Positions 47,952 to 61,416 of a DNA stretch of 64,000 nt are shown in pieces. Every line of letters starts with the position of its first letter. Position 1 is the stretch's first letter. The notes below the pieces were generated by a model. It had not been told where the DNA came from. It saw only the letters and a program-made list of their open reading frames with translations, and made no database searches. The position numbers were made by a program, and so were the translations under genes. This DNA is from Octopus sinensis. Its lineage: Eukaryota. The DNA lies in NCBI RefSeq assembly GCF_006345805.1, contig NC_043020.1, positions 10,044,001-10,108,000 of the forward strand, given 5' to 3'.

Positions 47952-48892
47952 TACGACAGGCTTCTTTCAGTTTCCATCTACCAAATCCACTCACAAGGCT
48001 TTGGTTGGTCCGAGGCTATAGCAGAAGACACTTGCCCAAGATGCCACGCAGTGGGACTGAACCCGGAACCATGTGGTTTGTTAGCAAGCATATTGTTACC
48101 ACGTTAACAAGTGATTTGGTACTTCAGTGTACTTTAAATGTACCTTAAAAAAATTTTTCCACTCACTTTAATTTACATGCCCAAACAGTGTCTGGTGAAA
48201 ACGTGGGTGTCCTTTAAAGCAGTGCTTCACAGTGAGGTATCATCGTTCATCATCCGCTTTCCATTCTGGCATGGGTTGGACGGTTCGACTGGGGTCTGGG
48301 AAGCCAGAAGGCTGCACCAGGCCCAGTCTGATCTGGCAATGTTTCTACGGCTGGATGCCCTTCCTAACGCCAACCACTCTATGAGTGTAGTGGATGCTTT
48401 TTACGTGCCAGGGGAGGCTGGCAAATGGCCCTAGGCTGGCAGAAAACATAAAAACAAAAATATAGAAGTTCAAACTATTTTTCGAACAACGAAAACACAG
48501 AGAAGTGTGTATCTTTGTATCTGTGTTAGTTCCCCCTGCACTGTTTGACAACTGGTGTTGGTCTGTTTGTGTCCCTGTAACTTAGTAGCTCAGCTAAAAG
48601 AGGCCGAAAGAATTAGCGCTAGGCTTTAAAACAATATGCCCAAAAGTGGTTTTGTTTGACTGAAACCCTTCAAGGCAGTGCCCCAGTGTGGTTGCAGTTG
48701 AGTAACTGAAACAAATAAAAGGTATCTAGGTCATTGAGTAACTGTATGGACAATTCCTCTTTTGTTTTGGGGAGCAGGAAAGAGGAGAAAGTATCCCCTA
48801 CATTTTTGGCAGGGAACTGAGAAGAGTAACTTTGTCCTTTTTTAGTAAAGGGTTAAAAAGAGTCATTTTCAACTATATTGGTAATGGTCCAT

Positions 48893-49178
48893 CTATCCGC
48901 TCAGTCGAAGTCGACTCTCGGTTACTCGATGGATCAGTGTCCTCCGGTCAGTTCTATCCTGGGCCGCTTCTTTCAGATTGGCTATATCCATTCCGGTATC
49001 ACTCTCGATGGTGTCAAGCCAGCGGGTTCTTGGTCGGCCTCTTCCTCTCTTGCCATTGACCATTCCGAGCATGATGTCCTTCTCCAGGGATTCTCTCCGC
49101 ATAATATGACCGAAATATGTCCAATCTATGCTTGGTGATCCTAGCTTCTAGCGACATTTTCAGCCTGATCTGCTTAAG

Positions 49179-49210
<32 letters not shown>

Positions 49211-49320
49211 GCAGTCAAAGTCGACTCTCGCTTACTCGATGGATCAGTGTCCTCCGGTCAGTTCTATCCTGGGCCGCTTCTTTCAGATTGGCTATGTCCA
49301 TTCCGGTATCCCTCTTGATG
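48893..49320 (-). mobile_element. RTE (BovB-like) LINE 3' fragment plus a partial duplicate at 49204-49320
   Basis: ESLEKDIMLGMVNGKRGRGRPRTRWLDTI...DR..RTLIHRVTESRLRLSG. Confidence 0.85.
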
Positions 49321-49440
49321 GTAATAGTCAGGGAGATTTATTTTGTACTCTTTTGGTAGGGAGTAGCTTAGGGGAGTGATTGATTTTTTCATTATTATAT
49401 TTTTTATTGTTTCATTCTTTCTTTTTCTTTCTTCCTTCAG

Positions 49441-49525
49441 ACTCTAAAGAAGAACAATTCCGATGAAATAGTAGATTTCCTTAGTTTGTGCTTGGAATGG
49501 CAGTCTCGATTATGTAATCAATTAG
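49441..49525 (+). CDS. NAPRT: NAPRT exon 6 (TLKKNNSDEIVDFLSLCLEWQSRLCNQL-G)
   Basis: Strong polypyrimidine acceptor cttccttcag|, donor G|gtagtg. Phase 0/1 bridges exons 5 and 7. This is a poorly conserved region of the family. Confidence 0.85.
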
Positions 49526-49781
49526 GTAGTGTATTTTTCTTAATTATTTTAATTACACTCATAATATGCATAAACATGGGGATTAAGTGAAGAACTTATG
49601 TATTTCAATCACACACACACATTCATACATGTGTCTACAAGTGCAACCCAAAACCAAAAAAAAAAAAAAAAATGGATTCTACCATTTGCTCGACTAAAGG
49701 CGGTGCTCCAGCATGGCCACAGTCAAATGACTGAAACAAGTAAAAGAGTAAAAGAGTATTAGAATCCAGTAATTTTTTGCC

Positions 49782-50118
49782 AGCTGATCATGCAATTACT
49801 GATTTCACCAAGTGGACTCTGAATAAACTGACTGTCAAAGCAACATATAAATGTCTTTTCATTGGTGAAGCTTAACAATCTGGTCTCTCTTCGCTAGCTG
49901 ATCATGCAATTACTGATTTCACCAAGTGGACTCTGAATAAACTGACTGTCAAAGCAACATATAAATGTCTTTTCATTGGTGAAGCTTAACAATCTGGTCT
50001 CTTCGCTAGCTGATCATGCAATTACTGATTTCACCAAGTGGACTCTGAATAAACTGACTGTCAAAGCAGCATATAAATGTCTTTTCATTGGTGAAGCTTA
50101 ACAATCTGGTCTCTCTTC
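49782..50118. repeat. ~113-bp tandem repeat x3
   Basis: Near-identical units starting at 49782, 49896 and 50008. Confidence 0.92.
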
Positions 50119-50570
50119 ATGTCCATGAGAATAAGAGGCAGGTCATCAGTAGATAAACCACTTCTGATCACATTTAACATAATTCAGTGTCACACTAAAA
50201 TTCTTCTATGTTTATGACTAAGAATAACTCTAAATTATGAATATAAATAGGAAGAAAAAAAAAGTAAGCTGCAATGTAAATGAGAAAGATGTTATTAAAG
50301 TGTAAATTGTACATGGTGTTTCAAAAGTCACTGATGGGTTTCAATTTTTAATAACTTCCTTAACTTTACAAATAAATGCATGAATTTTTGATACAATATA
50401 AAAGACATAATGAAAATTTAATATGCACAAGTCAAATTTTGAAACACCACCACATCACATATGAAAAATGACATCACTTTAATGGCAGCCATTTTAGAAA
50501 TCACATCGAAGCAGACATTGGAGCTTGGCACAGTTCTCCAACTCTTCAGCTCCTGACATATTGTCCAAAC

Positions 50571-50701
50571 CAGTGTTTCTCAACTTTTTTGCCCTTGCCT
50601 GACCCTTAAAATAAATTACATGTCTCAAGGAACCCCTGCATAAAAATAATTATATACCGTATCTTTCTGATATGTCTTTCATCATAGTTCACGTGGTAAA
50701 T

Positions 50702-50737
<36 letters not shown>

Positions 50738-51393
50738 TATATACACAAGGGTACTACATGAGTACCTATATCGCTAATGATAGAAGTCAAAAAATACTTC
50801 TGTACCACTGAAAAGTCACAAATCCATTACAGACAAGATAGGAAAAAATATCAGTGAACAATTATAATGTCTTACCTCAAATGGGTCAACCTGGTACCGG
50901 TTTGGAATATTAATGCCACCTAGGCGCGTGATTTCTCATCAGCCAAATATATATATATATATATATGTAGTTGTTCTATTTTATTGATAATATAATAGGT
51001 TAAATAAGATAATGTCTATATTACAATAACCAATAATATGTTGTGTCAGCCTCGTCTGGCACCTGTGTCGGTGGCACATAAAAACACCATCCGAGCGTGG
51101 CCGTTCGCCAGCCTCGTCTGGCACCTGTGTCGGTGGCACATAAAATCACCCACTATACTCTCGGAGTGGTTGGCGTTAGGAAGGGCATCCAGCTGTAGAA
51201 ACACTGCCAGATCTGACTGGCCTGGTGCAGCCTTCGGGCTCCCCAGACTCCAGTTGAACCGTCCAACCCATGCTAGCATGGAAAGCAGACGTTAAATGAT
51301 GATGATGATGATGATGTATAGTGATGTTACGATCATGAAATTAGCATTAGATTATCTCACCCTTTCTCGTGGAACCTTGGCTGGGAAACGCTG
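50571..51393. mobile_element. hAT-type non-autonomous element with a family C insertion
   Basis: CAGTGTTTCTCAAC...GGGAAACGCTG termini. Degenerate 8-bp TSD GTCCAAAC/GTCCGACC. Confidence 0.65.
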
Positions 51394-52351
51394 GTCCGAC
51401 CCATGCCTTCCATTGAAGACAGACAAATGATGAAGATGATATAAAATTATCATAATCTTTAAATTATCATCATCTTTAAAATTATCATCATCATAATCAG
51501 CCGTAACAGAATACTACAAGACATTTAACCCTTTAGTGTTTAAACTGGCCAAATCCAGCCCAATATATTCTACATGTTTTATATTCAAACTGGCGATGTC
51601 TAGCCTCTCACACCTAACCTACAATGCCACTCTAAAAATAAGTAATCACATAATTGAAACCTCAAAGCTGTAAGATGATCCAGGATTAATTCAAAAAGGG
51701 TGGTGAGCTGGCAGAATCGTTAGCACGCCGAGCGAAATGCTTTGTGGTATTTCGTCTGCCGTTACGTTCTGAGTTCAAATTCCGCCGAGGTCGACTTTGC
51801 CTTTCATCTTTTCGGGGTCGATAAATTAAGTACCAGTTACGCACTGGGGGGGTCGATGTAATCGACTTAATCCGTTTGTCTGTCCTTGTTTGTCCCCTCT
51901 ATATTAGCCCCTTGTGTGTAGTAAAGAAATAGGTATTTCGTCTGCCGTTACGTTCTGAGTTCAAATTCCGCCGAGGTCGACTTTGCCTTTCATCCTTTCG
52001 GGGTCGATAAATTAAGTACCAGTTACGCACTGGGGGTCGATGTAATCGACTTAATCCGCTTGTCTGTCCTTGTTTGTCCCCTCTATGTTTAGCCCCTTGT
52101 GGGTAGTAAAGAAATAAGGATTAATTCAAAACAATTTGAGTGAAAAAGTATTACATTTAACAGAGTAATCTGAACACTAAAGGGTTAATCTGATTGTCCA
52201 GTAATTCTACAATCAACAATCGTTACCAATACACATATTCTTCATTATTCTTCATTACATTCTTCTTTTTTGTTTCATCTACTTCTTCATCTCATCTCTG
52301 ACACATTGCATTTTTGGTTTTTCTTTTTTTTTTGTTTCTATGTTCTTCAAG

Positions 52352-52460
52352 GATTCTTCAAAGACCAAGTGAATGAAGGTGAACTGGCAGCATTTTGTTC
52401 CTATGCCATATCTTTCCCCAACCAGTTCTTGGCACTCATTGACACCTACGACGTAGTCAA
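52352..52460 (+). CDS. NAPRT: NAPRT exon 7 ([15 protein letters not shown]...LIDTYDVV-K)
   Basis: Acceptor ttcttcaag|, donor AA|gtatga, phase 1/2. Contains [14 protein letters not shown] and ALIDTYD. Confidence 0.95.
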
Positions 52461-53736
52461 GTATGAGAACTTCATCTGAATATTTGTTCTTGTTGTTGTT
52501 GTTCTTCTTCTTCATTCTCTGCTTACTATTGTTGCTGTTTTTGTTGTTGCTATTTTTTTTTTATAGCCCCAGGTCAGTTTGGATCCAGTAGACCTATGAC
52601 CAAAGGTATTCCAGTTATGAACAATCAAAATCGAAATCAATCAACATCAATGGAATTGTAGCTGTGATACCAGTGCTGGTGGCATGTAAGAGAACCATCC
52701 GAACGTGGCCGTTACCAGCGCCGCCCCGACTGGCCTCCGTGCTGGTGACACATAGAAAGCACCATCCGATTGTGGCCGTTTGCCAGACTCGTCTGGCACC
52801 TGTGCCGGTGGCACGTAAAAAGCACCATCCGATTGTGGCCGTTTGCCAGACTCGTCTGGCACCTATGCCGGTGGCACATAAAAAGCACCATCCGATTGTG
52901 GCCGTTTGCCAGACTCGTCTGGCACCTGTGCTGGTGGTATGTAAAAAGCACCCACTACACTCACGGAGTGGTTGGCCTTAGGAAGGGCATCCAGCTGTAG
53001 AAACACTGCCAGATCAAACTGGGCCTGGCGCAGCCTACTAGCTTGCCAGTCCCCAGTTAAACCGTCCAACCCATGCTAGTATGGAAAGCGGACGTTAAAC
53101 GATGATGATGATGATGATGAATATCTCCCATCCTTTTCAGTTTCCAAAGCAGTGGGTGGCTCAAAGGTCACAGAGATCTGACAAAGGTCACTAAGGTTTG
53201 CCAGCCACAGCGTGAGACATCCTGATCTCATTTCTCCAAGACTTGTGTTCTGGAAACTCATGTATGGTAATTTCACAACTGGTGCTTGGAAGATAACATG
53301 TGGCCATGCTGAGGCAGGGTACCATAGCACTGATCAGGTACACTCTGGGGTACTGGGTTAGTTCATGTTTAGGGGTCTTGTCTTGAGAGCCTCTCAGTTG
53401 CTCTAACGGCCTCAACTTTTATTTGACACAACCTCTGTCATGTGCAAAGGAGAAAGCCATGCCCCCCCCCCCCCAAAAAAAAAAAGACACCAGCTTTCAG
53501 ATCTTGAAAATAAAATAAATGAAATTTTGAAGAAAATTAAAAATATTACTTAAACCTTTTCTCTAATTTTGACTTACACATTTTCATGTAGGACTTCAAT
53601 GATTTCGGCGATATATGTAATGCATAAAGACAGGATGGTTGTTTCTGGAATGTCTTTGATCATAAGTCTGCTCAGTCAGGGCTGATTTGGGGCTAAACAA
53701 CAACAGCTGATAAATTATATGTTTGAGCGGTGCATT

Positions 53737-53921
53737 TTCAGTTGGTTTGCTACATCTCTTGTATCCATACTTTACATTGAGTACATCATATGAAGTTTAT
53801 ACCTACTTCTTTCCTACATAATGAGCAAACCCCATTTCCCTGAAGGTACCAGGGTCCCGTCTTCTTCCCCGCTTACTAAAACCTTTGAATTCGTTAGGTT
53901 TACTTTAAGGCTCCATTCCTG
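53737..53921 (-). mobile_element. RTE-like LINE internal fragment, duplicated at 56177-56362
   Basis: Decayed minus-strand frame LKVNLTNSKVLVS...SGKW..CSLCRKEVG..CTQCK. This matches my recollection of the post-RT Cys-rich segment of RTE ORFs. Confidence 0.6.
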
Positions 53922-55199
53922 GAATTTCTTCCCTAATTACATAATTTTACAGAAAATTTTTAAAATATTCCAATATTCCACACAAGTCAGGAGGTGTGGA
54001 AAAATTAAAATAATAAGAAAATGTGTTTTTCCTTTTATACCGCATTGAAATAATTCCAAAATATATTATTACAGTTTGGGATCACAGCCCATACGTCCCC
54101 TGACCAATTCAGGATCACAGCATATAGGTACACTGTGGGTAATAAAGAAATATATAATGTGGGTGGAGAACACAATACATAGCGCTTCTAGAATTCAGTT
54201 TTACTGATGGGGTAGGGTGTTTTCAAGAACCTTTTATAGTGTGTGAAAAAGCACCCAGTACACCCTGTGATGTGGTTGGCATAAGGAAGTGCATCCAGCC
54301 ATAAAAGCCTTGCGAAAGTAGACTTTGGAGGTCAACACAGCCCTGCAGCTTAGTAAATCCTTCCAAGCCATTCAGCTTGTGCCAGCATGGAAAATGAATG
54401 TTGAATGATAATGGTGATAATCGGTTTGTAATATTGTATGGGAAGGTGAACGAGGAGATGGGTGGGGTGGGGGGCAGACTACCAAAATGGGTAGAGTTGA
54501 AGGGTAGATGAGCTGGCGGGGAGGTAGAAGGGTGCAGAAGTGTTGGGAGAGCAAGCTGCAGGAGTAATAAAGACGATACAGTTGTCAGTGTGGGAGGGCA
54601 GAGAGAAGGATGGCATGGTTGGTTTTCTGCAGGAGCTGGGCGGGGTAAGGAGAAGAGGCAAGCCTAACGCCTGAGGTAGGGGACGAGTCACTATAATGTA
54701 AGGCGGCAAGCTGGCAGAATCGTTAGCACGCCGGGTGAAATGCTTAGCCGTATTTCGTCTGCCGTTACGTTCTGAGTTCAAATTCCGCCGAGGTCGACTT
54801 TGCCTTTCATCCTTTCAGGGTTGATAAATTAAGTACCAGTTATGCATTGGGGTCGATATAATCGACTTAATCCATTTGTCTGTCCTTGTTTGTCCTCTCT
54901 GTGTTTAGACCCTTGTGGGTAGTAAAGAAACAGATATTTCGTCTGCCGTTACGTTCTAAGTTCAAATTCCGCCAAGGTCGACTTTGCCTTTCATCCTTTC
55001 GGGGTCGATAAATTAAGTACCAGTTACACACTGGGGGTTGATGTAATCGCCTTAATACCTCTGCCTGTCCTTGTTTATCCCCTCTATGTTTAGCCCCTTG
55101 TGGGTAATAAAGAAATATATAATGTGGGTGGAGAACACAATACATAGCACTTCCAGAATTCAGTTTTACTGATGGGGTAGGGTGTTTTCAAGAAGCTCA

Positions 55200-55630
55200 T
55201 ATTGCCAGAGATCCCAGTCGTCTGCCATCTCCTTTGTTAGTCTCAGGCTCCAGATGTCACCCGTAACCACTTCATCCCATGTCTCTGGTTATCTTTTTCA
55301 CAAGTTCCAGCCACATTATACAGCTGTCTTCTTCCAAACATGTCCATACCAGTGCAGTCTTCTTTCTTTACACACAGCAACTGATACCTCTAATGTCCAG
55401 TTTTTTACTCAACGCTTTCGTACTAATTATTTTCATGTACACTCACATTACACATTCAGCAGAGCATGCTCGCTTCATTTCTTTTCAATATACTCAGTTC
55501 CCCATGTTTCACTACCATGCAGCATTGCAGTTCTGACACAAGCATCATGCAATCTGCCCTTTACTCTCAATGAAAAGATCTTTGTTGTTAGCAGTGATAG
55601 TAGCTCTCTGAACTTCCTCCAACTTGTCCC
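55200..55630 (-). mobile_element. Decayed RTE LINE fragment
   Basis: WRKFRELLSLL...SLRVKGRLHDACVRTAMLHGSETW. Confidence 0.78.
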
Positions 55631-57057
55631 TGTGAACTTGTTGTCCTTCTGAAGACCTGTTGAGGCAAGTGAAAATCAAAATCGATCAACATCAATGGAA
55701 ATTGTAGCTGTGAAAACCAGTGCCGGTGGCACATTAGAGAATCATCTGAACGTGGCCGTTGCCAGCGCTGCCCCAACTGGCCTCCGTGCCGGTGGCACGT
55801 AAAAAGCACCATCCGATTGTGGCCATTGCCAGCCTCACCTGGCCCCCATGTCGGTGGAACGTAAAAAGCACCATTCGATTGTGGCCATTGCCAGCCTCGT
55901 CTGGCACCTGTGCTGGCGGCATGTAAAAAGCACCCACTACACTCACGGAGTGGTTGGTGTTAGGCAGGGCATCCTGCTGTTGAAACATTGCCAGATCAAA
56001 CTGGGCCTGGTGCAGCCTTCTGGCTTCCCAGACCCCAGTTGAACCATCCAACCCATGCCAGCATGGAAAACGGACGTTAAACGATGATGATAATGATGAT
56101 GTAGCTCCTATCAACTACTTCTTGTGAGACTCAGTTTCTGGTGTACTCATACGAACTACTCCATATGAAGCTTTCATTTTCAGTTGGTTTGCTACATCTC
56201 TTGTGTCCATAGCTTACATTGAGTACAGCACATGAAGTTTATACCTACTTCCTTCCTACATAATGAGCAAAGCCATTTCCCTGAAGGTACCAGGGTCCCG
56301 TCTTCTTCCCAGCTTACTAAAACCTTTGAATTTGTTAGGTTTACTTTAAGGCTCCATTCCTGAAGCTATGGACGCAAGAGATGTAGCAAACCAACTGAAA
56401 ATGAAAGCTTCAAATGGAGCAGTTCGTATGAGCACACCAGAAACTGAGTCTCACTAGAAGTAGTCGATAGCAGCTCTGAAAGTACAGGAGCTACAGGGAC
56501 AACAAATTGGAGGAAGTGTGGTGTGTTTACGTCCCCGTAACTTAGCAGTTCGGCAAAAGAGACCGATAGAATAAGTCCTAGGCTTACAAAGAATAAGTCC
56601 TGGGGTAGATTTGCTCGACTAAAGGCGGTGCTCCAGCATGGCCACAGTCAAATGACTGAAACAAGTAAAAGAGTAAAAGAGAAAAGAGAATAAGTAGAAT
56701 AAGTACTAGGTTTACAAAGAATAAGTCCCGGGGTCGATTTGCTCGACTAAAGGCGGTGCTCCAGCATGGCCACAGTCGAATGACTGAAACAAGTAAAAGA
56801 GTAAAAAAAGGAGTATCCATAATTACAAAAATACATAGTTTCAAACTGGTTTAACATCTTTGTTCCACACATATGTGTGTGTATGAGTGTATGTGTTTGT
56901 GTGATTGGATGATCATGGGTGAACTAATTTTTTTCATCATAACTCTTCTTAACTAGAATTGATCTGGGACTAGATGACTACTGTTGATATTTATTTTTTT
57001 TTAATTAATAACTTCTGTTTTTTTTTTTTTTTTTTTTTTTGCCTTTTTCTTTTCTAG

Positions 57058-57198
57058 GAGTGGCTTACCCAACTTTCTCACAGTGGCACTTGCCCTGCAC
57101 GCAATTGGCTACAAAGCTCAAGGTGTTAGAATCGACAGTGGAGATCTGGCTTACCTTTCCACCATCTCTCGGCAAGAATTCGAAAAGGTAGCTACAAT
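57058..57198 (+). CDS. NAPRT: NAPRT exon 8 ([13 protein letters not shown]...[13 protein letters not shown]...VAT-M)
   Basis: Acceptor ttttctag|, donor AT|gtacgt, phase 2/2. Confidence 0.95.
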
Positions 57199-57649
57199 GT
57201 ACGTAACCATGGTGATGCATTCTTACCTTCCTTCCTTCCTTTCTTTCTTACACTGCCATTTGGGTAGAGTAGAAGTAGTGGGTAGTCATACCCTATTGTA
57301 TGTGTTCTTAGGTTGCAGAGCATTCACCTCAATTATTGGTCCCTCAGTTCTTTTGTTGCTGGTTTTGGGCCTGAAGAATATGTTTAAGAACATCAAAACT
57401 TCTAATTCTTGTTAATGTTCCCCTATTTAACTGGAAGCAATCTTTACAGCATTTATCCAAGACAGTTGACACCTCTCACTTGCAGTTTCACCATTATTCT
57501 GGTGTAAAAAGAAGTAAAGATAAAATAAAATGAAATTTTTATCTCTTCCTGGCTGGTCCATTCTGGAGAGGAATTAAAAGATATTCTTTGCAGAGAAATG
57601 TTGACTTAAATCTGGTGAGAGATGCTGTTAGATTGCTGGTTCAAGCCTT

Positions 57650-58150
57650 GGGAAAAATTAATTGATGATATTAGCAAGAATGTTGGCTCAAGTCTTGAAG
57701 AGAATTGATCTGTGATGTCAGCAAGACTGTCACGGCTCAAGCATGGAGAGAAATTAATTGATGATATTAGCAAAAATGTTGGCTCAAGTCTGGAAGAGAA
57801 TTGATCTGTGATGTCAGCAAGACTGTCACGGCTCATGTATGGAGAGAAATTAATTGATGATATTAGCAAAAATCTTGGCTCAAGCCTGGAAGAGAATTGA
57901 TCCCTGATGTCAGCAAGACTGTCACAGCTCATGTATGGAGAGAAATTAATTGATGATATTAGCAAAAATGTTGGCTCAAGCCTGGAAGAAAATTGATCCC
58001 AGATGTCAGCAAGACTGTCACAGCTCATGTATGGAGAGAAATTAATTGATGATATTAGCAAAAATGTTGGCTCAAGTCTGGAAGAGAATCGATCTGTGAT
58101 GTTAGCAAGACTGTCACGGCTCAAATATGGAAAGAAATTATTAATTGATG
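57650..58150. repeat. 96-bp minisatellite, ~5 copies
   Basis: Units start at 57664, 57760, 57856 and onward. Confidence 0.92.
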
Positions 58151-60527
58151 GCATTAAGTAGGAATTTCAAATCAAGGAACTCAAAAGCACCACTCCTTGA
58201 GGATGCAACATTTATTATCAACAATAATATTTTCTTTTTCTTATATATGCACAAGGCCACACTTTTGAGAGAAAGGAGGTACGTGATTCCTTCAACCACA
58301 GCATTTGATTGGTTCTCTTTTTTATTGTTTGGACTCTGAAATGTGAAGAGCCAAAACTAAATCTTGCAAGGCATTTTGTCCAACCTAAATGACTGAGTCT
58401 GCCACAATATTTTGATAATGAATTTTTTTTTTTTCGTTTTTATGATTTCTAACTTTGATAAATTTTGGGAACGGTATGTTTATCGAAGCGGACCCAGTAC
58501 AATAACTGGTACTATTATTTACCCTGGTCTAACAAAAAGTGAAGTGTTTTAACACTGAATCTAAAATGATGTTATGTAATATCACAGCTTACTTTTTTGT
58601 CAAGTGCTCTCCAGATTCTACTATTCACCATTCTTATTATTATCATAATAGTAATAATGGTTTCACATTTTGGCACAAGGCCAGAAATTTTTGCAGAAAT
58701 GGGGTACTCAATTACATCGACTTCAGCACATGACTGGTGCTTTCTTTTACTGATCCCTAAAGGATGAAGGCAAAGTTAACCTTGGTGGGATTTGAACTAA
58801 GAATATAAAGTGCAGGAAGAAATGGTACAAAGCATTTTGTCAGGTGAAGTAATGATTCTTCACAGGTACAAAATTTGGTGGGCAGGCTTTAGTCAAATGT
58901 ACCTCAGCACTCAACTGGCACTTTAATTTATTGACCTAAGAGAAGAAAGGCAAAATATTGACTTCAGAATTTTAAAAACTAATACCTCATCAATGCCTAT
59001 GTGCCTCTCTTCTGCCTCTCCTTCCCACTTACCGTCTTTTTGGTACATGTACCTACTCAACTGATCTTGTTTTCCATTAAACTCAACATACTTGCCAGTA
59101 TCTGCCAGCCCCTTCCTCAATGCCCCCACCCTATTTTTATATCTGTACCAATTCAACGGACCTTGTTTTTTACTAAGCTCAGCATACTTACCAGCATCAA
59201 CTAACTCCTTCCTCGTCACCTCCATCTTTACATTATGTGTGCGCCAATTCAACTGACCATCTTGATATTAAACGTAACCAAACGGTACTTCTTCCCACTT
59301 ACCCATTTCGTATTTGTGTCCCAAATAACAAGACTACTATTTTTTTTGCCAATGTAGAACTTCACTACTTTTCTCAGATTCTACTTTTTATCTGATTGAT
59401 GTGGATTTCAATTCTATTGCTATTATTGCTGTTGGATTTAACTACTAACCTAAAACATTCAGTACATTAGCTTTATTCAAAATGTTTGGAAAGAGATCAT
59501 GAAGTGGAAGTGACAGCACAATTGTTAAAAGATGTAAGCAGTGTATATTAGACTTTAAATTTCATATTTTATAAATACTAGCCATATCGCCCGGCATTGC
59601 TCAGGTTTGTTTCAACTCTTTAGAATTGGAATTTTTTACAATATTTTACAATATGTAGCTTGTTATTCTCTTTAAGTGAACATTTTTCTGGTTGAAATAC
59701 ACCAAAAAGTGACGACACAGCAGTCAAAAAATCGTTAAAAAAATAGGGATTTTCATAGAAAAAAAGAACCTTTTTGATGTAAATAATTTTTGGTGTTAAC
59801 ATGGTCTAATTTGAATTTTTTCTTCTACGGAAGGAAGAGCAAGCCTTCTTCTATCATACTCTCGATTTTGGTCAACTTGCGCCGTGGGGTCTTGGAGGAG
59901 ATAGTGTTAGCTGAAGGCTACCAAACCTGCCACACACAGACAACTTTATATATATACTAGCAGTATAGCCCGGCATTGCTCGGGTTTGTTTCGACCCTTT
60001 AGAATTGGAATTTTTGAAAAGTAAAACTTTTGCATTATGTATCTTTTTATTCTCTTTAAGTAAACATTTTTCTGGTTGAAATACACTGAAAAATGGCGAC
60101 GCAGCAGTAAAAAAAATCATAAAAAATAGGAATTTTCATAGAAAAAAAAGAACCTTTTTGATGTAAATAATTTTTGGTGTTAACAAGAAACTTGTTCCGG
60201 TCTGTCTATCATATTTGAACCTCCCAACATCTAGTCTAAACCCACCTCCCACTCAGTCACCAAAGCTGGTACCATGGAAAATGCACCCAGTACACTCTGT
60301 AAAGTGGTTGACATTAGGAGGAGCATCCAGCCATGCAAGCCAAGCGATGACACAGTCCACCATCTTGTCATATCTTTTCAAACTGTCCAGCTCGAGTCAG
60401 CATGGTAGACAAAACGTTAAGTGATTACGATGATTTAATCAAAATTTAATTACATACGCATAATAGATTGTTATAATGTACTATGTATGTGTGTGTGTGT
60501 ATATATATATGTATGTATATGTGTGTG

Positions 60528-60558
<31 letters not shown>

Positions 60559-61065
60559 ATATATATATGTGTGTGTGTGTATATATATATGTGTGTGTGT
60601 GTGTATATATATGTGTGTGTGTGTATATATATGTGTGTGTGTGTGTGTGTATATATGTGTGTGCATATATATGTATGTGTGTGTATATATGTGTGTGTGT
60701 GCATATATATGTATGTGTGTGTATATATATGTGTGTGTGTGTATATATATGGTGTGTGTGTATATATATATGCATATATATATGCATATATATATATGTG
60801 CATATATATATATATATGCATATATATATATGTGCATATATATATATATATGCATATATATATATATGCATATATATATATATATATGCATATATAATAT
60901 ATATATATGCATATATATAATATATATGCATATAATATATATATATTATATATGCATATATATATATATATATGCATATATATATATATATGCATATATA
61001 TATGTGTATATATATATATATTTAATGAAAACTAATTAAAGTATTGTTATGGACAGAAGGGAATG

Positions 61066-61113
<48 letters not shown>

Positions 61114-61141
61114 CATTATAACACTTTGTTGTATCTTTGTG

Positions 61142-61178
<37 letters not shown>

Positions 61179-61331
61179 TTAATTAAGCTATTGTTATGAA
61201 CAGTAGGGAGTGTTCCAATGTAAAAGATACCTGTTGAGTGAAACCCCAGCCCCTTTGCCCTCCCATAGTTTTAACAAAACTACTTACAAGGTGAGCGTCA
61301 GTCATTTATTGTTAATGCTTTTCTTTCTCAG

Positions 61332-61416
61332 GTTTAACATCCCAGTATTTGGCAAGTTTACCATCGTAGCCAGCAATGACATCAACGAGGATACGATCCA
61401 TTCTCTAAACCAGCAG
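61332..61416 (+). CDS. NAPRT: NAPRT exon 9 (FNIPVFGKFTIVASNDINEDTIHSLNQQ)
   Basis: Acceptor tttctcag|, donor CAG|gtatgt, phase 2/0. Contains IVASNDINE. Confidence 0.95.

Larger units (their letters stand above)
13102..61416 (+). other. NAPRT: NAPRT gene span (coding exons 1-9 seen; 3' exons lie beyond the window)
   Basis: Nine exons of 112+171+211+131+116+85+109+141+85 = 1161 nt (387 codons) join in consistent phase with GT-AG introns. The translation has NAPRT family motifs: [50 protein letters not shown]. Confidence 0.96.

Noticed and set aside
53130-53450. Possible decayed zinc-knuckle of an R2/NeSL-type LINE (LVHV.GSC...HN)
   Set aside because: The similarity needs several assumed stop and frameshift repairs and cannot be supported without a profile search.
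57186-57193. Alternative exon 8 donor AAG|gtagct
   Set aside because: It gives phase 0, which is incompatible with the phase-2 acceptor at 61332. AT|gtacgt at 57198 fits.
58923-59252. 109-aa minus-strand ORF
   Set aside because: No recognisable family. It contains a degenerate ~95-bp internal duplication and has no convincing splice context.
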